From an uncultured Acidobacteriota bacterium (GTDB lineage: Bacteria > Acidobacteriota > Terriglobia > Terriglobales > Acidobacteriaceae), in the NCBI GenBank assembly GCA_963729415.1, contig CAVSOD010000013.1, forward strand, positions 14,784 to 78,783: a stretch of DNA of 64,000 nt. The letters are read 5' to 3'. A model generated the notes under the pieces. That model was given only the letters and a program-made list of their open reading frames with translations, was not told where the DNA came from and made no database searches. The position numbers and the translations under genes were made by a program. Below, piece by piece: positions 33,501 through 44,400 of this stretch (positions are counted from its first letter, which is position 1; every line of letters begins with the position of its first letter).

Positions 33501-36500
33501 ATGACGGGCGCACAACTTAGCGAGAAAAGAGGTCTGCTCCGGGGCGCATTGGCGATTGTTTTCTTACTTAGTGCGATGCCCCTCTGGGCCCAGTTTGATA
33601 CGGGCACGATCAAAGGCGCGGTGACGGATCCGTCGGGCGCTGGCGTGCCGAAAGCAAAGATTACCGCGACAAACGTCGGAACGGGCATTGACACCTCGAC
33701 GACCAGCGACGCAAACGGAGACTTCGTGATCTCCGCTGTTCCGTATGGCAACTACGTAGTCAAGGCCAATGCTGCGGGTTTTGCCGAAGCCACGAGTCCA
33801 TCCATTGTTTTGAACGTGGGTGCGATTGTGCGCGTCAACCTTGCCTTGGCGATCGCGTCCGCGCAGCAGAAGATCGAAGTCACCGGAACCACGACGACGG
33901 TGCAGACGGAAACCACCCAGGACGGCACAACCCTTAACTCAGTACAGGTTGCGAACCTCCCGGTGAATGGTCGCGACGTCAGCGATTTTCTGGAAGTTGC
34001 CCCGGGATCGATCAACTCCACGGGGTTCTTTCAAGGCAGCGTGAATGGGCTGGAGAACGTCTTTACCGGCCTCAACATCACGGTGGACGGGCAAAACGCG
34101 TCGCGCGGCGATATCAATGGCTTCCTTGACACCGAGGGTCAGGAAGGTGCGCGCGTCACGCGCTCCAGTCTCGACAGCATTCAGGAAATTGACTTCACCA
34201 ACAGTGGCTACAGCGCGGAAAAGGGCTATTCGCTCGGCCCGCAGATGAACGTCATCACGAAGTCAGGGAGCAACAACCTGCATGGAACCGCGTTTGAATT
34301 CCTGCGCAACGATGCGTTCGATGCCAAGGATTACTTCGACACGGGAAAAGTAGCGCCGCTGCGGCTCAATCAATTCGGTGGAAATCTAGGCGGGCCGCTC
34401 ATTAAGAACAAGCTCTTCTTCTTTGTGAACTACGAGGGCGATCGGACGATCATTAACAACTTCAATGCGTTGTACCAGATTCCCAGTGCATACTTGCGCT
34501 CTGAAGCTCACGATCCCCGGATGGATCCCGTATTTGCGCAGTTTGCGCCCTTGCCGGCGAACTGCAACACCATCCCCGCCCCGGCCTCTTGCGCCGTGCC
34601 CGGCTTCGATAATCCCGGTGATCCTGCGAGCGGGTCGCAACTTATTTACACCTTGGCCGTCCTGCCCAACCGACTCACGGAAAACACTGGGTCCGTAAAA
34701 GTTGATTGGAACATCTCGGAGCGAGATCACACGTTCGTCCGCTACAACATCAATGACTCGCTAACGAACTACACGTTTGGTTTGAACCAAGGACAGGTTT
34801 CTCCGCAAAAGCTGAGGACCCAGTTGGGCAAGATTGAAGAGACGCACACGTTCAGCCCGACTCTTCTGAATCAGTTCAGCGTGTCGATCAACCGCTTCTA
34901 TTCTGATACTAACTCGAACACGCCCACGCCGTTTGTTGGTTTCGGCGGTTTCTTTACGAACCTGGGTGCCCTCCCAGGCCCGAATACCTTCAACCAGATC
35001 ACTCCCTTCAATATCTTCGAGGTCTTCGACAACGTGACGAAGACCGTAAGGCAGCACACTCTAAAGTTTGGACTGCAATACCGGTATAACCAGTTGAACG
35101 AATTCCTCAGGCCACAGCAGACCTTCTTGTTTGGTGGCGCAAACATATTTTTCCCCAACCCCTTCCATGACTTCTTGAATGACAGTCCATTCGTGCTCCA
35201 GAAGATTGGCTTTCCTGGCCCAGCGGGGATTGTGAATTCAAATTGGGGTTTCTACGGGCAGGACGACTGGAAGATTACTCGCCGACTCACCCTGAGCCTG
35301 GGGTTGCGCTACGACTACAACACGGCATGGAGTGAACGTACTCACCAGGCCGCGAACTTCGATTTCGCATCGCAAACCATACTTCCCGCGACTCAAGCCT
35401 TGTACACTCCGCCGAAAGGCGACGTCGCTCCGCGCATCGGCTTATCCTGGGATCCCTTCGGCAATGGAAAAACCGTGATCCACGGCTACGGCGGTCTCTT
35501 CTATATGCCGATGCAATTCGGCTTTGGTCTACTCAGCAACAACGCTGCTTTTCAGAGTTACAACGTAAATGTGTTCCAGGTGCCAATCGCATATCCGATG
35601 GCGAACCCGCCACTTCCGGCCGGAACACAGAACGTCAATATCTTCCCGCAGCATCCGCGTGATCCGCTTTCCACGAACTGGTTGCTAGGGGTTCAACGGG
35701 AACTCCTGCCTAACACCGTGCTCAGCATCAATTACACGGGCAATAAGGCCCAGCACATGCAGTCGGGCGTGAGTTTCGCGGCGCTCAATCTGAACCCGGC
35801 GAATACGGTGACACAGGCGCGGCAATTCAGCGGATTTGCCAGCGAGAACCTGAACGCGGACACCCTCTACTCCACCTACAATGCGTTGCAGATTCAAGTG
35901 CGCCGTAACGTCGGACGCTTGAACTACGAAGTGAACTACACCTGGTCGCATGAGCTCGACGACATGGTGAATGTCTTCGGCGGCTTTTCCGATCCGTTTA
36001 ACCCGAATGTCGACCGTGCCAGCGGAGATTGGGACGTACGTCACAATCTCACCGGCAGCGTGGTATACGACCTTCCGGATTGGAAAGGAACAAACGCGAT
36101 CGCGAAAGGCTTCCTGTCGGGATGGCAGGTGTCTAATATTCTGCAAACGCGCAGTGGTCTTCCGACCAACATCCAACTCATCAGCGGATTCTTTGGGCTC
36201 CCAATGCGGCCGAACTTCGTCTCGGGACAGAGCCCGACAGTGGGCAATGCGAAGTGGCCGATCGGCAATTACAACCCGAGCGCGTTCGCGATACCGCCGG
36301 GATTCGATGGCACATGGGGAGCTAACCTGGGAACGGTCGGTCGAAATGCGCTTCGCGGCCCCGGGTTCTTCCAATGGGACTTCTCGCTAGCAAAGAACAT
36401 TCCCATCAAAGAAGCCATTAAAGTTCAGCTTCGGGCGGACTTCTTCAACATCTTCAACCATCCCAACTTCGCGAACCCGGACGGTGGAATTTGTACTGCA

Positions 36501-36668
36501 GTGTCTCCGTTTGTGCCAGCAACGGCCACTACGCCAGCTGTGCCGGCAAGTTGCACGCCCAACGCTTCCTTTGGGCGGACTGGTCAGACAATTGCCGATA
36601 ACGTGGGCACGCAGATTGGCAACGGTACATCGCGACAGATCCAACTGGCGGTGAAGTTGATTTTCTAG
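33501..36668 (+). CDS. TonB-dependent receptor with carboxypeptidase-regulatory-like N-domain
   Basis: Start at MTGAQLSEKRGLLRGALAIVFLLSAMPLWAQ. GTIKGAVTDPSGAGVPKAKITA...YGNYVV CarboxypepD_reg pattern. C-terminal ...QLAVKLIF. Confidence 0.85.
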   Translation: MTGAQLSEKRGLLRGALAIVFLLSAMPLWAQFDTGTIKGAVTDPSGAGVPKAKITATNVGTGIDTSTTSDANGDFVISAVPYGNYVVKANAAGFAEATSPSIVLNVGAIVRVNLALAIASAQQKIEVTGTTTTVQTETTQDGTTLNSVQVANLPVNGRDVSDFLEVAPGSINSTGFFQGSVNGLENVFTGLNITVDGQNASRGDINGFLDTEGQEGARVTRSSLDSIQEIDFTNSGYSAEKGYSLGPQMNVITKSGSNNLHGTAFEFLRNDAFDAKDYFDTGKVAPLRLNQFGGNLGGPLIKNKLFFFVNYEGDRTIINNFNALYQIPSAYLRSEAHDPRMDPVFAQFAPLPANCNTIPAPASCAVPGFDNPGDPASGSQLIYTLAVLPNRLTENTGSVKVDWNISERDHTFVRYNINDSLTNYTFGLNQGQVSPQKLRTQLGKIEETHTFSPTLLNQFSVSINRFYSDTNSNTPTPFVGFGGFFTNLGALPGPNTFNQITPFNIFEVFDNVTKTVRQHTLKFGLQYRYNQLNEFLRPQQTFLFGGANIFFPNPFHDFLNDSPFVLQKIGFPGPAGIVNSNWGFYGQDDWKITRRLTLSLGLRYDYNTAWSERTHQAANFDFASQTILPATQALYTPPKGDVAPRIGLSWDPFGNGKTVIHGYGGLFYMPMQFGFGLLSNNAAFQSYNVNVFQVPIAYPMANPPLPAGTQNVNIFPQHPRDPLSTNWLLGVQRELLPNTVLSINYTGNKAQHMQSGVSFAALNLNPANTVTQARQFSGFASENLNADTLYSTYNALQIQVRRNVGRLNYEVNYTWSHELDDMVNVFGGFSDPFNPNVDRASGDWDVRHNLTGSVVYDLPDWKGTNAIAKGFLSGWQVSNILQTRSGLPTNIQLISGFFGLPMRPNFVSGQSPTVGNAKWPIGNYNPSAFAIPPGFDGTWGANLGTVGRNALRGPGFFQWDFSLAKNIPIKEAIKVQLRADFFNIFNHPNFANPDGGICTAVSPFVPATATTPAVPASCTPNASFGRTGQTIADNVGTQIGNGTSRQIQLAVKLIF

Positions 36669-36687
36669 GCTGAGAGTGCTTCCCAAT

Positions 36688-36721
36688 CCGGCGGCAGCGA
36701 GTATCCCTGCCGCCGGGGTTT
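36688..36721 (+). terminator. GC-rich hairpin CCGGCGGCAG-cgagtatcc-CTGCCGCCGG followed by GGTTT
   Basis: Perfect 10-bp stem 20 nt after the TBDR stop. The T-tract is weak, so intrinsic termination is plausible but not certain. A second hairpin, GCGGGA-tcat-TCCCGC, lies at 36755-36770. Confidence 0.5.
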
Positions 36722-36830
36722 CGGTACTGTTGGCCCGGCACACTGAGAATTGAGGCGGGATCATTCCCGCTTCAGCATCCGCTTTCTCCGTAACCGTCAC
36801 ACCACGAAACTGGGCAACGAAGTCTGACCA

Positions 36831-38585
36831 ATGTCAAAACCATATGTTTCAAATTACGACAAACATCCAGTGGTTCCGGTTGCGGATGCCCAGTGCGATA
36901 TTGGCTGGAATGATGTCGCTTCCCGTCTGAAGAAGGAGGTTCGCCCAGGTCGATTCGTAATTGCAGTGGAATGCTACCCCGGGTGCAATTTAGGCGAGAT
37001 GGAATCCAACCTGTCCTCTGTTCTCCGTCCGCAGGCAGTGCTGTGCACCGACGATTGTTATCTTTCCGAGAGTGCCATCACAGCTTTGACTGCGCGCGAT
37101 CTTGGCGACGATCCCGTCTTCGCTTTCATGAACAACTACGAGCTCTCGGAATTTCTGGACGAGGGCAAACTGCGGGAGAAACGCAGAGAACTGGAGTCCG
37201 CAACCAGCTTGGTCCTCGTGATCGGCACGGGAGCTACGCTGTTGGCCGAAGAGTGGGATTTGCTGGTGTACTGCGACCTGGCTCGCTGGGAGATTCAGCA
37301 GCGCCAACGTGCCGGCCAGATCGGCAACTTAGGCTTGAGCAATCTGGACGAACGTCCTGCCCTGAAGTACAAACGCGGCTATTTCGTGGATTGGCGGGCG
37401 GCCGATCGCCTCAAAAAAAGGCTCTTGTCTCGCATCGACTTCCTGCTCGACACAAACCAGCACGATCAACCGAAGATGATCAGTGGGACACAGCTTGCTG
37501 AAGGATTGCGGCGCGCCGCGACTCAGCCTTTTCGCGTGGTCCCGTTTTTTGACCCTGGCCCCTGGGGCGGCCAATGGATGAAGGATGTCTGCGATCTGCC
37601 GCGCGATGTCGAGAACTTCGCGTGGTGTTTCGATTGTGTCCCGGAAGAAAACAGCCTGTTGCTCGGTTTTGGTGACGCACGGGTTGAGATCCCGTCGATC
37701 AACCTGGTCTTCACGCATCCCCACGAACTGCTCGGAGAGGCAGTCCATGCCCGCTTCGGGACCGAATTTCCGATCCGTTTTGACTTCCTCGACACCATGG
37801 ATGGGGGCAATCTCTCGTTTCAAGTGCATCCGCTCACCGAATACATCCAGGAAAAATTCGGCATGGCTTATACCCAGGATGAGAGCTACTACATGCTGGA
37901 CGCAGGCGCCGATGGCTATGTCTATCTCGGCCTGAAAGAGAAGATCGATCGGGAGCAGATGATCGAGGATCTTCACCGGGCGCAGGAGGGAGAGTTTTTT
38001 TTCGATGCGGACAAGTATGTGAATCGATGGCCGGCGAAGAAGCACGATCACTTCCTCATCCCCGCCGGCACTCCACATTGTTCCGGCAAGAACAGCATGG
38101 TCCTTGAGATCAGCGCCACGCCCTATATCTTTACTTTCAAGATGTGGGACTGGGGCCGTTTGGGGCTGGACGGAACGCCACGCCCGATTCATCTGGAGCA
38201 TGGACTGCGCAACGTGCAGTGGGACCGTACGACCCGATGGGTGGAAGACAATCTTCTGAATCGAATTTGCGAGGTCGGGCGTGGAGACGGCTGGGTTGAG
38301 GAGCGGACCGGCCTTCATGAACGTGAGTTCATCGAAACGCGAAGGCACTGGTTCACCGGGCCCGTCCTCCACAGCACAGACGGAGGCGTAAACGTTTTGA
38401 ATCTATGCGAGGGACGCGAAGCTGTAGTCGAGAGTCCAACGGGTGACTTCCCCCCGCTGGTCGTGCATTATGCCGAAACGTTCATCGTGCCAGCGGCGGT
38501 GGGGCAGTATGTCGTTCGCCCGCATGGAGAGTCGGAAGGAAAGCGCTGCGCCACAATCAAGGCCTTCGTTCGAAGCAATCCATAG
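36831..38585 (+). CDS. class-I phosphomannose-isomerase-like cupin protein with long N-terminal extension (584 aa)
   Basis: ...PGPWGGQWMKD...NLSFQVHP...QDESYYMLDAG...IPAGTPHCSG... matches type-I PMI zinc-site blocks as I recall them. Confidence 0.55.
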   Translation: MSKPYVSNYDKHPVVPVADAQCDIGWNDVASRLKKEVRPGRFVIAVECYPGCNLGEMESNLSSVLRPQAVLCTDDCYLSESAITALTARDLGDDPVFAFMNNYELSEFLDEGKLREKRRELESATSLVLVIGTGATLLAEEWDLLVYCDLARWEIQQRQRAGQIGNLGLSNLDERPALKYKRGYFVDWRAADRLKKRLLSRIDFLLDTNQHDQPKMISGTQLAEGLRRAATQPFRVVPFFDPGPWGGQWMKDVCDLPRDVENFAWCFDCVPEENSLLLGFGDARVEIPSINLVFTHPHELLGEAVHARFGTEFPIRFDFLDTMDGGNLSFQVHPLTEYIQEKFGMAYTQDESYYMLDAGADGYVYLGLKEKIDREQMIEDLHRAQEGEFFFDADKYVNRWPAKKHDHFLIPAGTPHCSGKNSMVLEISATPYIFTFKMWDWGRLGLDGTPRPIHLEHGLRNVQWDRTTRWVEDNLLNRICEVGRGDGWVEERTGLHEREFIETRRHWFTGPVLHSTDGGVNVLNLCEGREAVVESPTGDFPPLVVHYAETFIVPAAVGQYVVRPHGESEGKRCATIKAFVRSNP

Positions 38586-38606
38586 TGCTGAGTGCGGGAG
38601 GAATAA

Positions 38607-39524
38607 ATGAATCGCAGGATTCTGATCCTCGCCACGGTTTGCCTCCTCGGCGGCTTCTTTCCGGCTGCGGGGGCACAGCCCACCCCCACCAACGCATGGG
38701 TTGACAGCATCGCCGAGAAGTATGCCATTTCCCCTGACGTGACGTATGGAGTCGCGAACAATTACGCGCTCAAGCTGGATGTGTGGCAGAGGAAAGACAC
38801 GAAGGGTCCCTCTCCCACTCTGATTTACTACCATGGCGGCGGGTGGATCTTCGGAGATCGCACGGGAGCCACACTGAACTTCCTACCTTATCTCGAATTG
38901 GGGTGGAACGTAGTCAACGTAGAATATCGTATGGCGCCAGTGTCGCTGGCGCCAGCAGCGGTAGAAGATTGCCGCTGCGCTTTGCGCTGGGTGGTACGAA
39001 ACGCCAAGCAGTACAACGTCGACACACAACGAATTGTCCTGACTGGGCACTCTGCGGGCGGGCACCTCTCACTTATCGCTGGAATGTTGCCCAACGGCAC
39101 GGGCCTGGATAACAACTGCTACGGCGACGATGCTCGCAGCGACAGCAAACTTAGCGTAGCGGCCATCATTAACTGGTTTGGGATCTCGGATGTCAACGAC
39201 CTGATCCAAGGCCCGAATTTGAAAAACTACGCACTGATGTGGATGGGTAGCCAGACCGATGCCGTCGCGATCGCCAAGCGCGTTTCCCCGATGACCTATG
39301 TTCGTTCGGGATTGCCACCCGTCCTCTCCATTCACGGGGATCAGGATTCGGTCGTGCCTTACGAGCAGTCGGTTCGCCTACACCAGGCCCTCACGGCGGC
39401 AGGCGTTCCGAATCAACTGATTACCATCAAAGGCGGCGGCCACGGCCAGTTCAGCGACACGCAACTGGAAGAAGCCTATGGCAAGTTGCGTCTTTTTTTG
39501 CAGGTGCACGGACTGGTGCCGTAA
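38607..39524 (+). CDS. secreted alpha/beta-hydrolase (esterase/lipase-type)
   Basis: Signal peptide, HGGGW oxyanion motif, GHSAGG nucleophile elbow. Confidence 0.75.
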   Translation: MNRRILILATVCLLGGFFPAAGAQPTPTNAWVDSIAEKYAISPDVTYGVANNYALKLDVWQRKDTKGPSPTLIYYHGGGWIFGDRTGATLNFLPYLELGWNVVNVEYRMAPVSLAPAAVEDCRCALRWVVRNAKQYNVDTQRIVLTGHSAGGHLSLIAGMLPNGTGLDNNCYGDDARSDSKLSVAAIINWFGISDVNDLIQGPNLKNYALMWMGSQTDAVAIAKRVSPMTYVRSGLPPVLSIHGDQDSVVPYEQSVRLHQALTAAGVPNQLITIKGGGHGQFSDTQLEEAYGKLRLFLQVHGLVP

Positions 39525-40679
39525 CTAGGCTTTTCCGCTCGCCGGGATCCGTAAATTTTGCCCGTCAGTGTCGTAGAGGGAGAGATCTAGGGTGGCGGTG
39601 ACATCGATAATCCCTCGCCAATCGGCGGGCACAGGGGTCGCGAAAAGCTGATAGGACGTGGTGACTGTATCTCCCGCGGGGAGAGTTGCGAACACAGGAG
39701 TGCCAAACAGAGTCTTTGCCTGTTGAGCGCTTTGTAGGCCAGTTGGCATCGGACTGGTCCCGAATTCCACGCCTCGGGCGCGTGTCGTACCATTCCAGGG
39801 AGCGTATTGGCGGGCGCAGTCTTCTTCCCAGAGAGCGATCCACGGAAACCGATTGCGATCGAAGAAATACCCGGCAACCGTTTTGAGTCGCTGGTTGTGG
39901 ACTGCTGCAAAACCCTGGGCCCGCTGCTCCTCTGTCAATAAAGCGGCGACAAAGCCCGTGCCGCCACGCAGGAAAGGTTTGGAGATATCGACTAATTCCC
40001 CGCCTAACGTTTTGGCCCAAGGCCAAGCGAAGTTGGAATTCGAGGCCAGCAACTCCTTGCCTTCGTAGCCTTCCGGCCAGGTTCTGCCGCGCTTCGCCGA
40101 AAGAAAAAGTTGGGATTCTTCTCTAGCGAAAAACGGTTCCCCAAAAGTGGCGTGCTCCACCCACTGGTAGTCCAACTCCGCATTGCCCAGGTTAGTTAGC
40201 TGCTCTTCGATCAGGATCGAGAAAGCCTGTGCTGAGAGGAGGAGCGTACGTTTCAATCGCAGCCGATATTCCGGAAGAGCCACTTCGAGCGAGAGGTGGG
40301 CTTTCTTACCGTCAGCAGATGACGAGAGAACTTCCCACTCGGCGCAGGCAGCCTCACCATGCAGCGGCAACCCGCGCGCCGCTTCTTCTGGAGAGGGCAT
40401 GCCGAAGTAGGCGAGTACTAACGCGTGCCCGGTAAAACCCGACAGGAATCTCCCCACCGCACCTTTCCCATACTTTCCGGAGTGGAGGTCGGGTGAGTAC
40501 CCGGATGGCTCGATTGTGCTCCAGGGTGATTCGAACAAGAGGTTGTAAGGCGAGCCACACAAGCGAAAGTCAGCGATGTGACCGCCTCCCAGCAGTACTG
40601 TCAGTTCGATCGAGCGGTTCGAAAGACAGTATCCACGACGCTGCTTCCAAAGAATGGGGGTGGCTTCGCAGAGCTTCAT
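39525..40679 (-). CDS. uncharacterised protein, possibly aldose-1-epimerase/galactose-mutarotase-like fold
   Basis: 384 aa and beta-rich. Last gene of a translationally coupled operon (4-nt overlap with the SDR gene). The fold call is pattern recognition only. Confidence 0.35.
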   Translation of the reverse strand: MKLCEATPILWKQRRGYCLSNRSIELTVLLGGGHIADFRLCGSPYNLLFESPWSTIEPSGYSPDLHSGKYGKGAVGRFLSGFTGHALVLAYFGMPSPEEAARGLPLHGEAACAEWEVLSSSADGKKAHLSLEVALPEYRLRLKRTLLLSAQAFSILIEEQLTNLGNAELDYQWVEHATFGEPFFAREESQLFLSAKRGRTWPEGYEGKELLASNSNFAWPWAKTLGGELVDISKPFLRGGTGFVAALLTEEQRAQGFAAVHNQRLKTVAGYFFDRNRFPWIALWEEDCARQYAPWNGTTRARGVEFGTSPMPTGLQSAQQAKTLFGTPVFATLPAGDTVTTSYQLFATPVPADWRGIIDVTATLDLSLYDTDGQNLRIPASGKA

Positions 40680-41491
40680 TTGTGCGTAGCCGCTCCCGTT
40701 CCGCCTTCCTGGAACGCCATTCCTCCAGCCGGAACCAGCATTCCTCCATCGACGACCAAGGCTGCACCCGTGATGAAGGATGACATGGGAGAAACAAGAT
40801 AAAGAACGGCATCCGCAACTTCCTCCGGCTTACCGATACGCCCGAGAGCGTGCATGCGCTCGCAGGTCTGGATCACCTGATGCGGGTCGGTGGCCAGGCT
40901 TGCTGCCCAACGCAACATCGGAGTGTCAATCGTTCCCGGACAGACACAGTTCACTCGGATCCGTTTCGACGCGTAATCAAGAGCCATGGCCCGTGTCAGA
41001 CCCAACAGGGCATGTTTCGACGTGACATACGCAACCGAATTCTTGATTGCCGTGAAGCTCTGCACAGAACCGAGTACAACGATCGCTCCACCGTTTTCGA
41101 GCATATGGGGAACGGAATACTTGGCGGTTAGAAAACATCCCGTGAGGTTGATAGCAAGAACGCGCTCCCAATCTTGCTCAGTGGTTGTGATGACATCTCC
41201 GTAGTGCTGCACTCCGGCGTTGCTCACCACGATGTCAATTCTGCGATCATGTGCCATTACTTCTGTGATGGCGTGCTCGACTTCATGACTCTGGCTCACA
41301 TCGCAGCAGTAGTAGCTGCACGAGGCCCCCGCGCTTCGGATCTCAGAGGCCGTTTTGTTCCCGGCTTCCTGGTTCGGATCAAGGATGGCCACTGACGCTC
41401 CCGTCCGCGCGAGTTTCCGCGAGGTAGCCTCTCCAATCCCCATGGCTCCGCCGGTCACAATCGCTACTTTGCCGGAAAGATCGATGTTCAT
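40676..41491 (-). CDS. SDR-family oxidoreductase
   Basis: TGGAMGIG and YVTSK motifs. 271 aa. Confidence 0.8.
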   Translation of the reverse strand: MNIDLSGKVAIVTGGAMGIGEATSRKLARTGASVAILDPNQEAGNKTASEIRSAGASCSYYCCDVSQSHEVEHAITEVMAHDRRIDIVVSNAGVQHYGDVITTTEQDWERVLAINLTGCFLTAKYSVPHMLENGGAIVVLGSVQSFTAIKNSVAYVTSKHALLGLTRAMALDYASKRIRVNCVCPGTIDTPMLRWAASLATDPHQVIQTCERMHALGRIGKPEEVADAVLYLVSPMSSFITGAALVVDGGMLVPAGGMAFQEGGTGAATHK

Positions 41492-44400
41492 TGCCGATCC
41501 TCCTTCGCAAGGTGAGGACTGGTGTGGAGTCTTACGGTGATGACCTGAAAGGGTTGCAACGAGACACTCACTCCTTCTGGCGTCGACTGGAGTGGTGACT
41601 GATTCTCTTCAAGGAGATTACAGAGCCAGGCCTGTTCGAGCTTCAGATACTTGCTCGAAATCGTGAATTGAGTCACCTCACCCGCAGCTTCCTGTAACCG
41701 GAGAATGGTTCCGTCGCCATCCTCGGCAACCTTCCACGTGAGTAAATTACCCTTTGGGTTGCTTACGCTCAACAGGCTCGCCTGATTGTTGGGAAGAACA
41801 TTCTTGTCGGTGGAGGCGGCCACATCGTCTTTCTCGAGGGGAGTGAGTGCGTTCCAGCCAAAACGGTTCAATGAAGCCGGGTCGAAACGGGAAGCACTGC
41901 TGATGGCGTAGCGGAAGGTGAAGTCGCCCCCTTGCCATGCGGGGAAGTTTGTTCCCCAGTAGTTGTTGATGAGCCACGAAAAGATCGTGCTGCTTCTTGG
42001 GCTGAAATCTGCAGGCCATGTGCCGCGCACGATGTCTCCGAAGTTCACCAACGGAGCGTCGATCGGAACCACGGCTGCTGTGACTTCGTGGTTGTACGCT
42101 GCGGACCACGTGGCCGGCAGGTACCACTCTCGACTGCCGCCCGGGAGTTCGTCTTTCGCAGGGTTGACCCAAGCAGACTGTGATCCGTAAGCGAATTGTG
42201 GATCGCTTACTGCAAAGGGAAACGCGATGTATGCGGATTCGCGCGTCAGAGCTCTTGCTTTTTTCACGTGATAGGTAAGCAGTATTTGCTTTTCAGTGTT
42301 TGGAAGCAGAATCTCCATGTCGACTACGGGAGTATTCACCGCCTGAGCGCGCACCAACGCCACCAAGCCCAGAGGTGTTTGCTTCGCCGAAACCAACGTT
42401 CCGGATTCAGCGGCGTGCACTACCAGGTCAGGTGGACGCAGCCCCGATCCAAATCTGTATAACGAATTGTTGGGATAGTCATCTCCACCGCTAACGTAGA
42501 GGTACGTACCGAACTTATATGGGCTCTCTGGATCGACTAGTTCGCGACCAAGTTCTTTGTCGAAGATGCTTGCAATAGCACCGGTCGCGGGAGCAAGCCT
42601 CACGCGGTAAAACTGGTTTTCAAGAATGTTGTTTGTGACTTTAACAATTTCGTCCGATCGGGCAGCAGTTGGCTTGACCGTGAAAAGCTTATAGCCGATC
42701 GCTGGTACGTCGTTCGCGAGGAAACGAACGCGTATGTTCCCGGGACCGAATCCCGGCAATGAAATGCCCTTCCCCTTCCAGAGCACTTCCATGGCAACTG
42801 GCTTTCCAGTGGACGGGTCGAACAGGCTGGAGCCTTCGGGCAGGTCTGTTTCCACAATTCCGGAACGTGGCCAGCCCAGGGAGTTCCACACTACGACAGA
42901 AGCTTCCTTCGGTTTCACCAGTGCTTCAAGCTGCGCCCAACTGCGCTGGATCGATTCATCGATGTCGTTTTTTGCCCGGCGAGCGCGAGACTCTTTCAAA
43001 GCGATCTGCTCGACGCTCTGGTGGTGTTCGGGCTGCGTGGTAGCTCCAACATACGTCCACGTATGCTCGTCGTACAGCAACTCGTTCCGCCAGGCATCCT
43101 GAAGCTTGCTGCGGTCCGGAGTTACCAGGGGATCGAGGGACGAGACAGCAGACCCTATTACTTCGCCGGTGGCGATGCGATGCTGGTTCTCACGGTGCAT
43201 GGCAGTGTACATCGCGTCCGACCCGTAGCCGTCTTCCCAGTAAGGACCGAAGTCGCCCCGGTAAACGGGGATCTTGCCCTTCCACTCGTGCTCGATCTGA
43301 GCCAACGCCGAGTGCACGGTCGCAAACTCAAACCGCGGCCAGGCATACTCGCGAGATACAGCCGCGACGATTTCGCTTTGTTCCGGAGCCAGCGGTGTAT
43401 TTTCCAACTGCGTGCCGAAGATGATCGCCGTGTTCGCGGTGTAATCGGGCCGGGAGTACGCCTGGAGAAACACCGGAAGAGCATCGCGAATGGCTTCTAT
43501 TCGCCAGGGCGTGCCGAATAGCGTCTGCAATTGGAGATACGCGCGGGAGTACCACATAAGCACACGGCCACCGTTGGGGCCTTCCCAATAGAATGGAGAC
43601 TTCTCGTTCCAGCGGCCGAGCAGCATTACCGGAGCACGCCAGCTGTTGCTGGCGGCGATCAGGTACTTGATTCCTGCGTCGTGCAGGATGGAAGCGTACG
43701 CCCAGGTGTAGGACGGCACGTCGACAATCTGCGCCGCATCGGTTGTGGGGAGCTTGAACTCGCGTTTCAGGCGACTCTCATTGTAGAGGGATCGGGCGAG
43801 GCCCTCCCAGGAAGCGTTCCCGGTGTGCTGATTCGCAAACTCGGGAGGGATCACGATGCTGCCTTCGCGCACGTGCTTCAAGAAGCGGTCACGTGAGTCG
43901 ACAGTCCGGCCCCGCAGATATTCACTCGCCACCCAGCTTCCGTCCAGCGTCCAGCGGAAATCGGGAGCCGTGCGGATCAGATTCATAGCGCCGTCGATGG
44001 ATTGCGAATGTAGCTCGGCTACCTTTGCAGCGTAGTCTGTGAACCCGATGTCGAGATGCTCATGAGGGATGATGGCAATGGTCCATTTCTTCGCGGGCTC
44101 GGCTTTCGATGTTGCCGCGAACCTACCCACGCTCACAGCGGCAGGCAGGGGACCATTCCACTCTGGCACATCAAAGCTCAGCCGGATTTCTCCGAAGCTC
44201 GTCCCGGTAAAAAACTCTTTCTTCGAAGAGTTCGTGCCAATCTGCAATTCGACACTGCCGGCCTTTTCCAAACTGCCCCCCTGGACGAAGACATCAACAA
44301 TTTCGGCCAGACCGCCCGGCAATGCACGATAAAAAATGGTGGGTTCCACCCGAACTGTGAACGCTTGCTCGTCGTAGCGGGCCTCGGCGTCTTGCGTAAG